From positions 10,850,001 to 10,914,000 of the forward strand of contig OZ176053.1 of assembly GCA_964247055.1 (NCBI GenBank): a stretch of 64,000 bases of DNA. Direction: 5' to 3'. Within the stretch, counting starts at the first letter, position 1. The number at the start of each line of letters is the position of its first letter. This document shows, one piece after another, positions 63,201 to 64,000 of this stretch. The DNA is from Paragordius varius (taxonomy: Eukaryota > Animalia > Nematomorpha). The translations under genes and the position numbers were made by a program. The notes beneath the pieces are model-generated. The model saw only the letters and a list, made by a program, of their open reading frames with translations, was not told where the DNA came from and did no database searches.

Positions 63201-63676
63201 ATGTTTTAATGTTAGTTAATGTTTTCTTACGAAAACTATAATAATTTACAATTTTTAGATTTACTTGGGAATCAATTAATTAATGTATAACTTTTGACCG
63301 TATTAGTCTATAAAGAATATGTAATAATTCATATAAATCATAAAAAAGCATTCCTACAAAATAAATAGCATATAAATAAAAATATATACATATGAGTAGA
63401 ATCATGCCATTTTCAAAATGATAATCTTCAATAAAAATTTCATTTAAAGTGAAAAAAGATTAAATGTTGTGTAAAAACCTATAGAACACAAAACAAATAT
63501 ACCTTGTATAACTGGTATGGATGTTATGTTTGGAAAATGACCCCTGGAGGCTACATGCCGAAAATGACTAATTTTCATGTATTGGGGAATGTGAGGAGCT
63601 CGTAATATCTTACGTATTTCATCCTCCAACTCAGGCGTAATTTGGTGCGAGGATATAAGGGCCGATATTAAATTAT
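48118..63676 (-). CDS. SLC4 Na+-coupled bicarbonate transporter (NDCBE/NCBE, ndae1/abts-1-like), 5'-incomplete
   Basis: Cytoplasmic domain: [24 protein letters not shown]|FMFVLIGP...[45 protein letters not shown]. Membrane domain: [46 protein letters not shown] (GSTGP is the Na+-coupled type; AEs have GFSGP), [55 protein letters not shown]|[46 protein letters not shown] long C-terminal tail runs to a stop at 48118. Confidence 0.95.
52023..53730 (-). mobile_element. Composite non-autonomous Helitron with internal ~500-bp tandem units, in an SLC4 intron
   Basis: 5' ends A|TCTATATATTTATAAAAATGG at 53730 and again at 52687. The single 3' end is a hairpin, CTCGGGCTGC-GTA-GCAGCACGAG (9/10-bp stem), 7 nt upstream of CTAG|T ending at 52023. 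Insertion is between A and T with no TSD. The repeat anchor GATCACAAAG occurs at 52133, 52647, 53188 and 53690. Confidence 0.88.
55038..55062. repeat. (TA)n microsatellite adjacent to an SLC4 3' splice site
   Basis: The minus strand reads (TA)n-TTTAG|GTT CGA TAC ACT ATC AGT GAT (VRYTISD). Confidence 0.9.
55556..55580. repeat. (TA)n microsatellite forming an SLC4 3' splice site
   Basis: The minus strand reads (AT)n-AG|GTT AAC ATA AAT GAC. Phase 0 matches the donor GCT|gtaatt at 55852. Confidence 0.88.
56299..56568. mobile_element. Degenerate hAT-type MITE
   Basis: Left end (A)AGTGGTTCCCAAA and right end TTAGGAACCACTG resemble the common CAGTGGTTCCCAA hAT termini. No TSD was found. Confidence 0.5.
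57374..57991 (+). pseudogene. C-terminal remnant of a Buster-family hAT transposase (ZBED5/SCAND3-like), frameshifted
   Basis: [27 protein letters not shown], then [35 protein letters not shown]...VEEVLRP...KQAHPSH* with TAA at 57989-57991. These are hallmark hAT dimerisation-domain and Buster C-terminal motifs. Confidence 0.88.
58009..59651 (+). mobile_element. Second RTE-type LINE, 5'-truncated with an inverted 5' segment, decayed
   Basis: Minus segment 58009-~58735 has [73 protein letters not shown]. Plus segment from 58750 has [75 protein letters not shown](C/T)TTTAATTTA at 57996-58008 and 59652-59664 (12/13). Confidence 0.88.
60181..60219. repeat. (TA)n microsatellite near an SLC4 3' splice site and flanking a MITE
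   Basis: The minus strand reads (AT)n-TTAATGTTAAG|G TGT TGC GGT GGA (RCCGG). Confidence 0.9.
60220..60567. mobile_element. Tc1/mariner-type MITE inserted in (TA)n, with a duplicated left end
   Basis: TA|CAGTAAAAACTGAAGTTATACGGACAAAA at the left and TTTTGTCCGTATTCAATTTTTACTG|TA at the right. A second left-end copy follows another TA run at ~60290. Confidence 0.7.
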
Positions 63677-64000
63677 CTAAATTACATTTAGATAAGGATA
63701 AATAAAATAATTGAATTTAGGGATATTACAAATTAAATTATAGTGATTAAATAGTAAAATATGTCTTACAAATGAAACTTATATTATTATTCCTGTTAAC
63801 ACCCCAATACCTTTTGGAGTAGTTTTATATCCCAAAAGGATTTGAAATTTAAATATCTTAAAAAGTATTTAGGATATTAAACCGAATTAAAAAAAAGGCT
63901 TTCTTTAGCTTTTTGGGCGCATTCAAAATTAAAAAAATGCAAAATTGTTAAAAATTTTCATCTTAAATATTTTTGTCGCTATTTTTTCTTCTATAAATTT

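Noticed and set aside
1-64000. tRNA, rRNA, snRNA, prophage or bacterial contamination
   Set aside because: I recognised no cloverleaf, rRNA-like or operon-like sequence by eye, and all coding regions are spliced eukaryotic genes. tRNAscan-SE or Infernal would be needed to exclude small ncRNAs formally.

Overview
Very AT-rich, intron-containing metazoan (invertebrate) genomic DNA. A reduced lophotrochozoan such as the orthonectid Intoshia is a guess only and is not verified. I reconstructed five multi-exon genes by hand from GT-AG splice sites and recalled family motifs. (1) Attractin/distracted-like, minus strand, 437-17498, apparently complete. (2) A T-box transcription factor, minus, 20932-24191. 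(3) Lipin phosphatidate phosphatase, minus, 31288-41390. (4) TAF7, plus, 42660-46883, head-to-head with lipin. (5) A Na+-coupled SLC4 bicarbonate transporter, minus, 48118 to beyond 63676, with its 5' end outside the window. Introns carry a well-preserved set of transposons: two RTE-type LINE insertions that both show 5'-inversion (twin-priming) structure with target-site duplications and break at nearly the same codon, a Buster-type hAT with one of these LINEs nested inside it, a composite non-autonomous Helitron with ~500-bp internal tandem units, and several MITEs. Gene-level oddities include a candidate 23-nt intron, a uORF ending in two stops that abut the attractin ATG, (TA)n tracts sitting directly on 3' splice sites, a cysteine-free extracellular loop 3 in the SLC4, and a perfect 39-bp intronic hairpin. 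I found no rRNA, tRNA or CRISPR array and no clearly new enzymatic system. All homology calls come from recalled motifs, not database searches.
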